From NCBI GenBank assembly GCA_951406725.2, contig OX597815.1:173662001-173726000 (forward strand): 64,000 bases of DNA, read 5' to 3'. The notes under the pieces are model-generated. The model was given only the letters and a program-made list of their open reading frames with translations. It was not told where the DNA came from and did not search any database. This document shows, one piece after another, positions 50,603 through 64,000 of this stretch; the first letter of the stretch is position 1, and every line of letters begins with the position of its first letter. Source of the stretch: Octopus vulgaris. Its lineage: Eukaryota. The translations under genes were made by a program, and so were the position numbers.

Positions 50603-52029
50603 CTAAAAGAGGAAGAAAAAAAAGATATTGTATGTGTGTGTTCATTCATCTGTATATCATTCATACAGCCCAGTAACAAAGAATGATACTGAATCTACCC
50701 ACATTTACTCCCCTCTACCACCACCCTTATCACTCTACCTCTCTCATCCATGACAATGACATTGTATCTGTTTGTACCTGATACACCCTACCATTACCCT
50801 TTCTGTACTGCCAGTCATCATTTATTTGAAGTCCATCACTCACTGTTACCATTCTCCACTTATTATTCATCTTTCTCTCTCTCACCAAATCACTAGGTTT
50901 CTGCTATCATACTTTTGTTCCATTCATCTACCCATTCTAGTTCAACTTCTGTCATTGCTCACCTACTAGGTCATGTTGACCTGATCTAACAACACTTTTC
51001 AATTTTACAAATTACAAGACAATTCCAATTGTGATAGTGCCAGAATGCATTCAGTACACTCTACAAAGTGAGTGATGAATGAGTGGAAACAATGTGGGGT
51101 CAATAAGGCCCCTTTAGTCCTTTGGGGATATAACATCCTTTTTGGGTACTGGTGCCATAATAAACTGCACCTAGTACAGATGGTGATATGAAGGACATCT
51201 GGCCTTAGAAACCATGTAAAAAATGAAACATACAAGCAAGACATCTACGAGAGCAGTAAATCCTGATAAGAATTGTCTTTGACTGTGACTACCGACAAAT
51301 CCATGCAGTATGGAAAGCGGATTAAAAAGATGTCACTTTCCATTCTGACATGAGTTGAACAGTTCTTCACAGACACAGAACAGTCAAGCTCATTCCTCTA
51401 TGCTTTCTTTGTTAATTTAAAGCAACATGACCAATAGGGTGGGTAGAAGAAAAGGTGGTAGCTGAAAATTAACTAGGGTGAGTGGGGAACACTATTCTGG
51501 TGAAAGTGTAGAAGGAGAATTGGGAGAGGCAATGTTAAAAGGAGTAATGCAAAAAGAGACATTAATTCCAGAGTAAAATGAGAGAAACATTAATGGCAGG
51601 GACAAACATGTGAACAACAATTATGTTTGCTGGTGAGGGGAGAAAAAGAGAGTGAGGAAGTGATGGAAAGTAATAAAAATGGTCAGTGGTATGAGAGTGG
51701 GAAAGATGTCAATAATGACTGACTGGAGAAGAGGGAGTGGTGACTAGCAGTAGAGAAGAGTAATGTTATATGGTAACAGAGAACATGATGGAAGGGAGCA
51801 GAGAGTAGAGAGATGTGGATTGTAGTAGGCCAGCAATGAGCATGCTCACATCTATTTTCCCTTATTGCATGGGTTACATAGTGCAGTAACTAGGAGATGA
51901 AAGGGGTATTGAACAGAAAAGAGGAATAGCAAATAAAGAATTAGCTGGTACAAAACAAGTGAAAAGCCCATATATACACAGACACACATACACACACACT
52001 ATATCCCAGCCTCCATTACTACCACCATT

Positions 52030-53800
52030 TCCATGTATGTTTTGCCATGCTTACACATGCGGTTGGATTTTCTCCAGCATCATGTGTCACCAATCATCAT
52101 GGTCCTTAGTCATCTTTGTGAAATGCCATCAGTTTTCACCACTTCATCCCAGTCTTTCTTGGTCTTCCTCTTCCACAGCTTCCATTTAAACAAAGAGCTT
52201 AGCAATTCCTCATACAGCAGTTACACCCTATATACATCACAAGTCACTACCAGTGCATTCTTTTCTCTTGCACACTGCACCCATCTGATTCCACTTATAT
52301 CTAATTTTTCCCTCAACTTACTTGAACTTTGTTATTCATGCACACTAACACTATGCATCCAGCAAAGTATGCTTGCTTAATTTCTTTACAATTTGCATAA
52401 ATTCTCCAGCAGTTGACTTTTTACCATGCTTTATCTCATTTTGTACACAAATAGCATACAATCTGCCATTCACTCTGAAAGAAAAGCTTTTTGTCACCAG
52501 CAGAGATAACAGCTCCTAGAATTTTTTCCAGTCTGTTCTTACTCTCACCACTAAGCTTTCAGAACACCCACCTCAGTAACAGAAGTTATCAACTACCTGG
52601 AGCTAGCTGGACATTTGAGAAAACCTGTTTCCTATATACTTATAGTGTTTATTACCCACATATGAAGCCTACCTACTTTGTTAAACTATTTGTGATCCCA
52701 CTTCACTTCTTGTGTTCTCTTACTTACACTTGGCACACCATATGAAATTTCTACTTCCTCCTTTTCTGTATACCAAGGCTATTTCCTTGATGGTAACAAG
52801 GTCTTTAATTCTTTCCTACTTAGTAAAACTGTAGTTTTAGTAAGTTTAAGGACTATACCAAGTTTTGCTTCTTTGTCAGGAACATCTCTAAATCTTCTAC
52901 AGATTTTGCTTTAAGAATTAGGTCATCAGCATAGTTTGTTATGGCTTGGATGACTATAATATATAGATATGGAGATAACTGAATGAACCTCTGCATACAT
53001 GCTAAATTTGTAATTGATGATTGCACCTCTGTTCATAGACTGCACAACCCTCATAAGCCATTCATGTACCCCTAGCATCGTTCATGAATACCAGACCTTG
53101 TCAAAAGCCATCACCAGGTCAACAAATGTTGAGTATGGGGAAGGGCTTACTCATAGCTAACAAATTTTCTTGCAATTCTCTCTTTATGAATATAGTATCT
53201 TTAGTACCACAAACCCAAATAACATTCAAGTTAATCTTGTTTCTAATCAATTTTTTGATAACTCTTGCCCAACAATTTGAGGTTTCTGTGGCCTTTAGTG
53301 TATGGCTTTTACCCTTGTATCAATTGACAATGATACTGGTACACCATCACTGAGTATGTCACCTTCCTATATTCTTTGGTTGACTATTTGAAATACTAGT
53401 ATGTAACTTCTTTGCCAAATATTTTAAACATCACTGTGACTATCCCTGACAGACCAGCTGATTTCCTTGCTATCATATTCTTATTTGTTCTGTTGATCAG
53501 ACTGTTATAGACACTCTCCCTCTCAAGCAATCTCCTAATTCAACAGTCTCTATGCTACTTTCTTTCTAACATCAGTAAAAGCAAATGTGCTATGATCATT
53601 CTCTAAACTCATTACATCTAGATTCTCTTCAGTGTAACTTATAACATATCATGCTCTTAATCCTCATGTCACAAAACATGTGCAAACCACTTTCTTTTTC
53701 TTCTCCCTTTGCTAAATATGTCCAGCCTTTAGATCCTCTTTTCGCTACTTGATATTTTTCTCTATTGCATGGCCCACATATCTTGTTTATAGCCTTCAGT
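52030..53800 (-). mobile_element. Highly decayed RTE-type LINE ORF2
   Basis: The reverse strand has TATGCTGATGACCTAATTCTT (YADDLIL, ~52915-52935) and segments collinear with the 26351-28852 element. Boundaries approximate. Confidence 0.6.
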
Positions 53801-53984
53801 AGTTGCCTTGTAGAAATTGCCGATTTCCCTCTATGTTATAAACCTCTATCTCCTTTTTCTGTCATGATAATCATTTAGAACTTCTCTGAAAGTACAACTT
53901 GCTGAGAGCTCACCTAACTTTCCTGAAATCATTTCTGTGAATTAATAGGATGGGGTTGGAGGAGAGAGAACATGACAGACAGAC

Positions 53985-53989
<5 letters not shown>

Positions 53990-54049
<60 letters not shown>
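53990..54049. repeat. (GA)n microsatellite
   Basis: Seen directly. Confidence 0.95.
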
Positions 54050-54052
<3 letters not shown>

Positions 54053-54145
54053 TAATATTAACTTCCCAGTTGTATATTGTTTAAATATCATTTAAAAATT
54101 TTTAAAGTTTAGAAATTAGTATAATAGATAAGGAATTTTACTAAC

Positions 54146-54318
54146 CTTGTACTGCTTCATTTGTTTCTCCAGAGAAGAGATACCACTGAAATGGATATTT
54201 TCTGTGTTGAGAATTTCCTCCATATCACTGATCCATTTAAGTAAGGCTCCAAGAGCACTCAAATAAGGACGAGAAGGTATCTCTTCCAAAGCCTTTTCAA
54301 GTTCTTCTTTCTGCTTCC
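54146..54318 (-). CDS. DMD: Dystrophin exon, 173 nt, phase 1->0 (about exon 22)
   Basis: Acceptor TTTTGTAG, donor GTTAGT. Encodes KQKEELEKALEEIPSRPYLSALGALLKWISDMEEILNTENIHFSGISSLEKQMKQYK. Confidence 0.9.
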
Positions 54319-56071
54319 CTACAAAACAAATATTTCAAGTAATGATAATTATAAGTAAATAATTTGAAATATTTAAAGCTCAATATTTCTGAAACTATAT
54401 TTCATTGCTTTGACTCTAAAATATCATATTCATGTATTTCTGGCTTTTTTTTTTAAATACAAATACTGCAAACAAAAAGAGTAGTTTAGTAATTAAAATT
54501 TTACTTTATTAGTAAAACTATGGTTTTACTTTGGAGTAAAAATTATAAATTTGATTTTGATACTGGTTTTACAGTTGTAAAATAATTGTTTATATAACAT
54601 TGAGTACAACAATTGGAGCAGTTGCAGTTTGTTGTAATTAGTAAAAATATCACCTATATTATAGTTTGGAGAGTGAGGGTGAATGCGTCTGTGTGTGGCG
54701 AGAGCGCAGTCCAAACAAATATTTTAGAATTCACCTTAGAACACTTTTTGTAAAATCGTTATGAAAGACCTCCTACCTTACGAAAAAGCCTTACTGCAAC
54801 AATTATTCAGATATATGCAATAAAATATTTTTAAACTCGAGAAGAGTTGTTTTTTAAACTTCTGTATTTCACATATGTAATATGTAGCAATGTTTAACCT
54901 GATATAATCCAAAGTAGAATTTTAAAACAATTTCATGTTTACACATGAAATTCATTGTCCAGTTTAATAATTGAAGACAGAAAAGATGACATCTTTAAAA
55001 AGTAATCTTATTTGACAATGAAAGAATGTATATTGAAATCCTTAATAGAAACCAATTTTATAAATTCTTTTTCACCCACTTATATTTATGGTTATATATA
55101 TTTTAGTTTTGTAAACTGTCCAACAAATTCTTTAATGAAATATTTTTGCCTACATGAATCCTTTCCCAAATAACCAGATACAACGAATAGAAATTAATAT
55201 TGTAAAATAATTCTTAAAAACTCTATGAAAAAAATTATGTTAATTCTTTTTTCTGATACAGCATTTTATTTCTTCAAGAAATAAATTATAATTCAAAATA
55301 AATAGAATGTTTCATTTTTTTCAAGAGATATAATATGATTTGACCACAAATATAACAAGCTCCTAGTATTTCTGCAGCAATGCAAGAATACTGTATTTAT
55401 CATATTTCCAATAAAGATATAAATAGCAAACTTATTAGTTTTCTTTTTTCCCTTGTACTCCTTTTCAAGCAGGAATTAATTTATTAAACAACACATCACT
55501 AATAAAAGGTTGGACACTAAAACAGCTTCAACTGGTAGATTAATGTTGCTATATATGATGCGAAATAATTAAGAAAATAAACATTTCAGCACTTAATTTT
55601 CAACAACAAGCTGAATGAGACAGGAAAAATGATCAACTGCCAAGGAAAAAAGTACCTAAGTGCTAATCCATAATATACACACATGTACATTAATATAGAC
55701 ACCTGACTATAGGATTAAAAAGTTGCTATGCTTCAATGTGATCCAAGGTTCAATATTATACTATAGCATTATACAAGAGTGTTTTTCACGTGTTTTGACA
55801 AATTGAGATTTCATTCCTGTGACAAGAACTGACTGTCAGTTGATCATATATGTCAATGGGTTTGAAAGCCATTAAGTGGATAATCATTGGAGTTCATTGG
55901 TTGTCATCTGTCATGCGGTCTTCGTTGAAATTTCCATCTGTGTGTATGTATATGCGCATGCACATTTGTGTACCCATAGAAACATGTACATATGCAAATA
56001 TATATAAGTAGCTATAATTAACTGCCAATCAAAAATCCAGCACCTTTTGTTTTATATAAATAAAGAATCAG

Positions 56072-56108
56072 ATATATATATGTATGTATATATATATATA
56101 TATGTATG

Positions 56109-56201
<93 letters not shown>

Positions 56202-56338
56202 ATATATATATATATGTATGTATGTATATATATATATATATATATTTATGTATGTATGTATATATATATATATATATGTATGTATATATATATATATACG
56301 TATGTATGTATATATATATATATATATACGTATGTATG

Positions 56339-56369
<31 letters not shown>

Positions 56370-56496
56370 GTATATATATATATATATGTATGTATGTATG
56401 TATATATATATATATATATACGTATGTATATATGTATATATATACGTATGTATGTATATATATATATATATATATGTATGGATGTATGTATGTATG

Positions 56497-56538
<42 letters not shown>
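56072..56538. repeat. (TA)n/(TATG)n compound microsatellite, about 470 bp
   Basis: Seen directly. It explains the four spurious YI/YM-repeat ORFs. Confidence 0.97.
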
Positions 56539-57031
56539 GTCAACAGGCGAGATCCAGGGATGCTCAATATAGAAAACACATACTAATGCTCAAATGATTC
56601 TGTGCTTACACTCCAAAACCTTTATTGAGGACTAAGTCTACAGGGTAAAGAGTGGCTATAAGAGAAATCCAGGTGAGCTGATATGGAAATAATAATACAA
56701 ATAAACAATCTGTCCAACCCGAAGATGGAGGCCAAATTTACAGTAATGTTTATATTTATCCACTACTGGTTGCATATTTTTGAAGTTTTGCACACTCCAC
56801 TTGCAAACATTATGAGTTTTAAGTCATTCTGAGTCACCAGAAACAGCTGTCAGACTTGAAATACCTTATCCTCTCCCCTTATTTTACTGTATCTTTTGTA
56901 CTCCATGTAAATCTGTACTGTAAATATATAAATATCTATATGCTTAAACATGAATGTTCACTTGAATATTTTCAGTTTTTGTTTCCCATATCCCTATATA
57001 TATTTACAGGTATATATGTATGTATATTTTA

Positions 57032-58364
57032 CGATGAGGTACCCAAAAGTAACCGGAAACATTCTCTGTAGGACAAGCCCATTGTAGTTCAGGCTTCTGC
57101 AGCTAGAAACCACTTGATGCGACCCTCAAGCATCAATCTGCCAACAGGCAGCATCAGTTGAAGTTGTACTGCCAAGTGATACGTCTTTCTTTTGCAATGT
57201 TTCTCATTTGTCCGTCAATTTTTGCAATGGCTGAAACGAAGGAACTGTGTGCTTTCATGAAATTCTGTTTTCTGCTGGGGAAAATGGTGGCCAAAGCAGT
57301 AGTCATGCCTCAAACAGTTTACAAGGACACTGTTATGAGCAAAACAAGTTTGCAAATGGTTTTCAAGCTTCAGGAATGTTCACTTGTTGCTTGAAGACCA
57401 ACCTTGTACAGGGCAACCGTTGACCTCCCGAATGAATGAAAACATCACAAAAGTTCATGAACTGGTCTTGGAGGACTGTCACCAAAAAATTGACAAACTT
57501 GTTGATATGACTGGTGTGTCCTGGAGGACCTGTCAATGAATTTTGAGCAAGGAGTTGCAAATGAAAAGAACTGCAGCAAAATTTGTACCTTGCTTACTCA
57601 TGAAAGCTTAAAAGTAGTCACAACTGAATGCATGTCATGAACTGAAAGAACAGTTGGAAGTTGATCCAGACCATTTCCAAAGATCACTGGTGACGAAAGC
57701 TGGTGATACAGCTACGACCCAGAAATGAAGCAGCAATCAAGTTAATAGAAGCATTCGATATCACCATGCTGCATAAAAGCACATCAAGTGAAGTCCAATG
57801 TCAAAATGATGCTGATTTGCTTCATCGATGTGAAAGGAATTGCCCACACAGAATTTGTTCCCTCTGGTCAAAATGTTAACCAGACATTTTACTTGGCAAT
57901 TCTGAAGCATTTTTGAGATATGGTGAGATGAAAACGCCCTGATCTGTGACAAAGTGGAGAACGGTGGTTTCATCTTGACAATGTACCTGTGCACACTGCC
58001 TTGGGTGTGAAACAGTTTTTGAACAAAAATGGTATGAACCCGCTTACCCACCCTCCCTATTCACCTGATCTTGCTCCCTGTGACTTTTTTTTTTTGCTTC
58101 CTTAAATGAAAAAAGTCCTTAAAGGAAAACGTTTTGCAGATGTGGAAGAGGTGAAGAAAAAACCACAGAGGCATTAAAAAGCATCACTTCACAAGAGTTT
58201 CGGGACTGCTTCCAACTGTGGAAAACAAGTCTGGCCTGATGCATTGCTTCAAATGGAGAATAATTTGAAGGTGGTAAAAGTGTAAACATGTAAAACTAAG
58301 TAAATAAAATATTATTGCAAAATTCCAGTTTCTTTTGGGTATCCCCCACCACCACCACCCCACA
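57032..58364 (+). mobile_element. mariner (DD34D) transposon, decayed
   Basis: TA then left TIR CGATGAGGTACCCAAAAGTAACCGGAA; right TIR TTCCAGTTTCTTTTGGGTATCCCCC interrupted by (CCA)n. Pseudo-ORF from 57227 has MKFCFLLGK, AKFVP, ITGDESW and HLDNVPVH...HPPYSPDLAPCD (34 residues D-to-D). Confidence 0.9.
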
Positions 58365-58406
58365 TATATTAAGCCCATGCATGTTTATTTGCATCATTAT
58401 CTCTTT

Positions 58407-58451
<45 letters not shown>

Positions 58452-59771
58452 CACACATACCCTCTCATTCTTTCAGATATTCATCTGAGAGACAGATGAA
58501 GATAGACATATACACTATCCTTTTTTTTCTTGTATTTTGCTATGAGCTATTCTACCAATCTTTTTTACTCTATGGATATTGCATCAATTTTTCTTTATAT
58601 GTTGATATATATACACTCAGCAGCCCTTCTTCCATTTCAACAACATTCATGAATTGTCTTTCTTCCATGAATGGCTGAAAAATACTTTCTCTTGCACATA
58701 AAATAATAAACAACATTTTTCAATTCCTAGAACCCAGAAATGTATTGTTTAAGAGTACATGAACTCAAAACCTTTTATCAACATAATGAATTGTTTTCAC
58801 TAAAAATTGTGGTACACACAAAAACAGATGGCAACTTTTAGTATTATACATATAAACATACACAAGCACATACATTGAGATACAGACAGACAGACAGACA
58901 AACAGATAGATATTTGTGTGGCATATGTATATATCATCAGTACACATCTGATTTCCATGCTGACATTGCTGATGATCCTAGTCCATATCAGTTCTTATTT
59001 GGAGTTATTGCTCTCCTAGACAGGTCTTTTATAAGACTGGATGCTCTCCCTAACACCAACTTTACAGAGTATACAAAGTGTATTTTATCATGGTACCAGC
59101 TTTTTAAATCTTATGTCCTCCAGAAGACAGAACTAAAAACATCTCTTGACCCTATGTTTACTCTGCTCATTCAGCAAACACTTTATAGAGTATACAAGGA
59201 ACCAGAATTAGTGGGTTACCTTGTACTCTGCAAGACAAAAGAGCCATTACTACTCAACGTTATTATTGCTCGTTCCAGTTGACAAGTGGACTGGATAGAA
59301 CGGGCAATTGCAGAAAATGAACTATGAGAACTAGTGTGAAATGGAGAAAGAAACATGAGCATGAAAAAGGGATATAATCATTGAAGTGACCATATGGAAG
59401 GGGAGGAGGAAAAGGAGGCAGTGACAGCAGAGAGTAATGAGACAGAGACATGGAAGTTAAATTTTTGTCGGTAAGAGAGCAATATGACAGTATAATAGAT
59501 ACCAATAATGAGTAACTTGGTAACTGGGGGGAAAAAGAATGGTAGCTAGAAGCATAGAAGAGTAATGTTTGCAAGCAAGAGAACATTAGTTACAGATAAT
59601 CAAGATGGTGATGGTAAGAGACTAACAGATCTCAATGAAGGACTGGACAGAAAGTGAGTGAGTGACAGCTAGCAGTACAAAAGTGTATGTGTGTGCACAT
59701 GTACATGCACACACACACACACACACACAAAACAAGGGAATTGAAATATTATAAGAATACAAAACCTCATA

Positions 59772-59995
59772 TTCATCATCATCGTTTAACGTCCGCTTTC
59801 CATGCTAGCATGGGTTGGACAATTTGACTGAGGACTGGCAAACCAGATGGCTGTACCAGGCTCCAATCTGATCTGGCAGAGTTTCTACAGCTGGATGCCC
59901 TTCCTAATGCCAATCACTCCGAGAGTGTAGTGGGTGCTTTTACGTGCCACCGGCATGAGGGCCAGTCAAGCAGTACTGGCAAAGGCCACACTCAA
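59772..59995 (-). mobile_element. Young RTE-LINE 3'UTR fragment
   Basis: CATCATCATCGTTTAACGTCCGCTTTCCATGCTAGCATGGGTTGGAC...GGATGCCCTTCCTAATGCC is the reverse complement of the 33311 type. Confidence 0.88.
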
Positions 59996-61466
59996 ATTTA
60001 TAGATATTTACAACAGACATTTTCTTGGGGAAAAAAAAAATCTGGTATTGCACACAATGGATGTATTTTATAGCTTCTAACTTTCTTTAAGTGCCACTAC
60101 TTATTTCATAGCTTATCATAAAATTATAAATTAAACTGAACAATGTAATAGTAGTGTTAACAAGAGCAATAATATTAAAACATCTTACACTTATATTGCA
60201 TGCTTGTCTGTTTATATGATGACATTCAGGTAACATTGAAATTGTTTGTCAAGGCAAAGAAAAGATTTAGCTTAGGGTGACAACATGACAAAACACAACA
60301 CTAAGACAGAAGTACAACAGCAATTGTAATACTCACAGTCTGTATCTTCTGTTAACATGGATGGATATTGGAAGGAAAGCGACAAAGGGAGATACAAAAA
60401 TACAACGCAGAAAAAAAAATTGTCAACAAACAGAAAAGCAAAGACGATTAAGAGACATAATCAAACACTGGAAAATGAGACATACAGAGGTTGGAAGGTT
60501 GAATATTCTTGAGATTATACACAATGATATTGTCATTTACTACATTATTCTTTAGATACTTTTCTTTATAAATAAAACATTTAAACCCAAAAGATTTTTA
60601 GCCAACTTAAAAACTAAAGTAAAAGTATTTTAGAGATTGAAATATTTTCCTAAAAGAGAATGATCATTAAAATTAAAACATTTAGGTAACCGAGTTGTTC
60701 CTTTTTTAAATCATTCAGTTTTCAAGGGTCCAGTACTTAAATAACATACTGAAACAGGTACGTGCAAGCATTTACATGCATGAGTATGTTTGGTTTATAA
60801 ACATGGGGAAGAGAACTCGATATGTAGTGAAGAGTACATATAATCTTATTTTATTTTCATTGGCTGTTAATACTACAAGAGTTGCTCAAGAACCTGGAGT
60901 TTTATACTAAACTGTTTCATAAGTGCATTTGCATGAAATATGAAACTCTCTGTTTATATCTAACTTCTGTAGTAGTCTCAACTACCAACAAATTTAGAGA
61001 GAAAAAGCAGGGTACAAGAAAATATTATTTCAAGATAATATATATCAAACTAATATTTTATACAACATGTACATTTACCATTCTCCAGTAGAGTAAATGT
61101 GAGATTAATGTTATAAAATTAGGTTTCTGGAATAGTGACTGCCAGTAATTAAGTGATGTTTATAATCAATATATACTACTCTGCTTGTTGCAGTTAGCCA
61201 ACATATTTTATTTTATTTTACTTAGATTTTCAGAGAGAGAAATGAAAAAAGCATCCACTCCAAAGTGTAAAAATTAAAATTATTAAAAGCCAACACACCT
61301 AAAGTTGCATGCTTTTGGGAAAACTATATTTAAAATCATCCATGACATTAAACAAGTAATTTTCCATTTTCCATTGCAAAACAATTCAGTAGAATCTACC
61401 TCTATTTGATGTCATTGCAATTATCAAATCAAGCTTGTTCAAATCTAAAGTAAATTTTGTTTTTAC

Positions 61467-61873
61467 ATCTTTTATCTTTTACTTGTTTCAGTCATTGCTG
61501 GGACACTGCCTTGAATTTTTTGTTGAATGAATCAACCCCAATACTTGTTTTTTAAACCTGGTACTTATTCTATCAGTCTTTTTTGCTGAACTGCTAAGTT
61601 ACAGGGATGTAATCACCCCAACACCAGTTGTCAAGCGGTGATGGTGGGGACAAACACAGACACAAAGACATATATATACATACATATATATATATACATA
61701 CATATATATACAACTGGCTTCTTTCAGTTTCTGTCTACCAAATCCACTCACAAGGCTTCAGTTGGCCTAAGGTTATAGTAGAAGACACTTGCCCAAGGTG
61801 TCACACAGTGGGACTGAACCCAAAACCATGTGGTTGGGAAGCAAGCTTCTTACCACACAGCCACTCCTGCACC
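61467..61873 (-). mobile_element. SINE family A
   Basis: Reverse complement of the 47894 type (AGAAGACACTTGCCCAAGGTG...GCAAGCTTCTTACCACACAGCCAC). Confidence 0.85.
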
Positions 61874-62656
61874 AATTTATCCATATTTACTCAATATCAA
61901 TTCTCATGTTTCTATGAAATCACTTGCCTTTCTTCTACACATCTCTTAAATTTACATAACATTCTTGCCAAACCTGCTACAAATAGCAGACAAACATTCT
62001 TCAAACCACACAGTCACAGAGTACCATCTTAAAAATAGGAGGTTACATTGGATAATATGGTTTTAGAAATGCTGTTTGAAAAGAAAAACAAAAACAAGAT
62101 GTTCACAGCAAAAATATTGCCGATCAAACAACAACAAACATTCAGTACCTCTCTCAATTTCATACTGAAAAATGTATGGTTAACAACCTAGTTTATTCTT
62201 TATTCCTTGTAGCTGCTCTTCTGCATTTAATACTTATGCTTTCATATCAGGCTCACACTTCTGATCACATGTACCACACACTGTCATTCAGAGAAAAGAT
62301 TCTTTTATAAACAAAAGGAATCATTTCTTCTGTTCTTTAAATATAATACACTATCTTAAGTTCCAATGAGGGCATTTCAATAAACTAAGTAAATCAAGTG
62401 GCTTACTTACTAAAATATGCTAATATAACAAACAAGAAATAAAGACTTTTCCATGAAGTAAGTAAATAAGCATTTTGAATTAGCATCAGTTTGATGACAT
62501 TTTTTATGCTACCTTGCATTGACATGTTTTTAACTGCAGAGCCTTCTTGGGCCTGCAACAAATACTTCAGCATAAAACAATATTTTCCTATAATTTCTGC
62601 ACAAATACATTACTCAGGATCATGTAATGATTGAATAAACATAGTATGAAACCTAC

Positions 62657-62819
62657 CTATCTTCTGATAAACAGCTTCCCACCGCTGATTAAATGCATCA
62701 AGATCAAACTGAACTTTCTCTTTCTTTCCTGTCTTCTTCTCTTGTTGCAACAAAGCATTTGCTTGCACTTTAAGATGTTCAACACGTTCTTCTTGGGACT
62801 TCATGTCTTTTAATTTTAC
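62657..62819 (-). CDS. DMD: Dystrophin exon, 163 nt, phase 0->1 (about exon 21)
   Basis: Acceptor TTTGTAAAAG, donor GTAGGT. Encodes VKLKDMKSQEERVEHLKVQANALLQQ...DLDAFNQRWEAVYQKI. Confidence 0.88.
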
Positions 62820-63301
62820 CTTTTACAAATTACAGAAGATTTTTTTAAAATCATACAACTTCACTAAATAAAATATATACTATATAAGTAATGTGGCATT
62901 GTTTGGTTGCATAGTAATGCTTTTTTCAAGCATGAACACCTTGCAGAAATATTTAATTAATTATTAATCAAGTAATTTAATTTAATTTAACCATGCTTTG
63001 TACATGTTATTTTTGGTCATAGTGAAAGACCTGGGAGGTAATGAGCTTTGTGAGACAGACTGCTTCATAGAAAAATACATTAAAGTCAATACTTCTATAA
63101 TAATCTAACAATCCATTCAGGATTTCAATATCCATGAATCCAAACATATGAATGGCTTGTTTTGAAATGGACTAAATCTAAATAATTTATGTATGTTTAT
63201 GAAATCACTAAAATTAGGCATTGTGAATCCAAATTCATAGATCTGGTAAGTGATTGTTGAAAAAAAAAAAAAAATCACCATAAATCCATAAGCCTATTAC
63301 C

Positions 63302-63532
63302 AATTTCTTTACTACCCACAAGGGGCTAAACACAGAGAGGACAAACAAGGACAGACAAACGGATTAAGTCGATTACATCGACCCCAGTGCGTAACTGGTA
63401 CTTAATTTATCAACCCCGAAAGGATGAAAGGCAAAGCCGACCTCGGCAGAATTTGAACTCAGAACGTAACGGCAGACGAAATACGGCTACGCATTTCGCC
63501 CGGCATGCTAATGTTTCTGCCAGCTCGCCGCC
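63302..63532 (-). mobile_element. Very young Nin/Deu-domain-like SINE (family B) with 15-bp TSD
   Basis: The minus strand starts GGCGGCGAGCTGGCAGAAAC. Perfect direct repeats CATAAGCCTATTACC at 63287-63301 and 63533-63547. Confidence 0.92.
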
Positions 63533-63718
63533 CATAAGCCTATTACCTGTGATATATAAACCCTAATATCCAGCTATTATGAACTTCTTTAGAATAAACA
63601 GAATATCAATAAAAATGAAGTTCCCCTCCATTTTTAAACAATAGTTATAAAAGTATCCATGTTAGAAACAGTGATTAAAACATCTTTCCCCAAAGTAAAG
63701 AGTGAAAGTTTAACTTAC

Positions 63719-63960
63719 TCGGCATTGCTCTAACTGATTACTGATTTCAATAGTTTCTTCTGAAATGTTCTCTGCGGTAGATGCCCATTTCTCATAATTC
63801 AACATCAAATCTTTCAGTGAATTCAGTTCGTCATAAAACTTTTTAGCTTCAATTTCCAGAAAAACCTTACTATGTGTCTCATTCAGAAGCTGATTGATAA
63901 TTTTCCATCTTTCTTCCAGCTCTTGTGTCAGCTTAGAAATATTGTCATAATTTTCACCCC
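63719..63960 (-). CDS. DMD: Dystrophin exon, 242 nt, phase 1->0 (human exon 20 equivalent)
   Basis: Acceptor (T)n-AAG, donor GTAAGT. Encodes GENYDNISKLTQELEERWKIINQLL...KFYDELNSLKDLMLNYEKWASTAENISEETIEISNQLEQCR. Missed by the ORF track. Confidence 0.9.
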
Positions 63961-64000
63961 CTTAAAAAAAAAAAAAAAAAATGCTAATATAATTTAGCTT

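Larger units (their letters stand above)
7015..63960 (-). other. DMD: Dystrophin gene, partial: 15 rod-domain exons (about spectrin repeats R4-R13), open at both window edges
   Basis: Manually spliced GT-AG exons join in one frame with no stop. Peptides resemble dystrophin/utrophin rod segments recalled from knowledge (e.g. YKTMSELKTEVEYVIKTGRQVVEKKQ vs human YKSLSEVKSEVEMVIKTGRQIVQKKQ). Confidence 0.93.

Noticed and set aside
56047-56597. Four long ORFs (151-179 aa) on both strands
   Set aside because: They are translations of a (TA)/(TATG) microsatellite that lacks stop codons.

Overview
This is AT-rich, repeat-dense eukaryotic DNA. Its SINE, RTE-LINE and microsatellite content is typical of an octopod cephalopod (Octopus-like); that assignment is inferred from repeat families, not proven. 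The whole window lies inside one large minus-strand gene. Fifteen GT-AG exons (63960 down to 7015; 2,666 coding nt, about 888 codons, phases compatible, no stops) encode the spectrin-repeat rod of dystrophin and correspond to human DMD exons ~20-35; the gene continues past both window edges. The introns hold tRNA-derived SINEs of several families, RTE-clade LINE fragments with (GAT)n tails, a decayed L1/Tx1-like LINE, two Tc1-family elements (one retains a DD36E spacing), a DD34D mariner, a non-autonomous Helitron, hAT- and piggyBac-type MITEs, and microsatellites. Most ORFs in the supplied track are spurious, TE-derived or exon-plus-intron read-throughs. I see no convincing novel multi-gene system. 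The best leads are the DD36E (Incomer-like) transposon in a presumed mollusc, a hammerhead-ribozyme-like core capping a long hairpin, a 33-bp intronic hairpin whose only mismatches are G-U/A-C, and exon-size conservation with human DMD.
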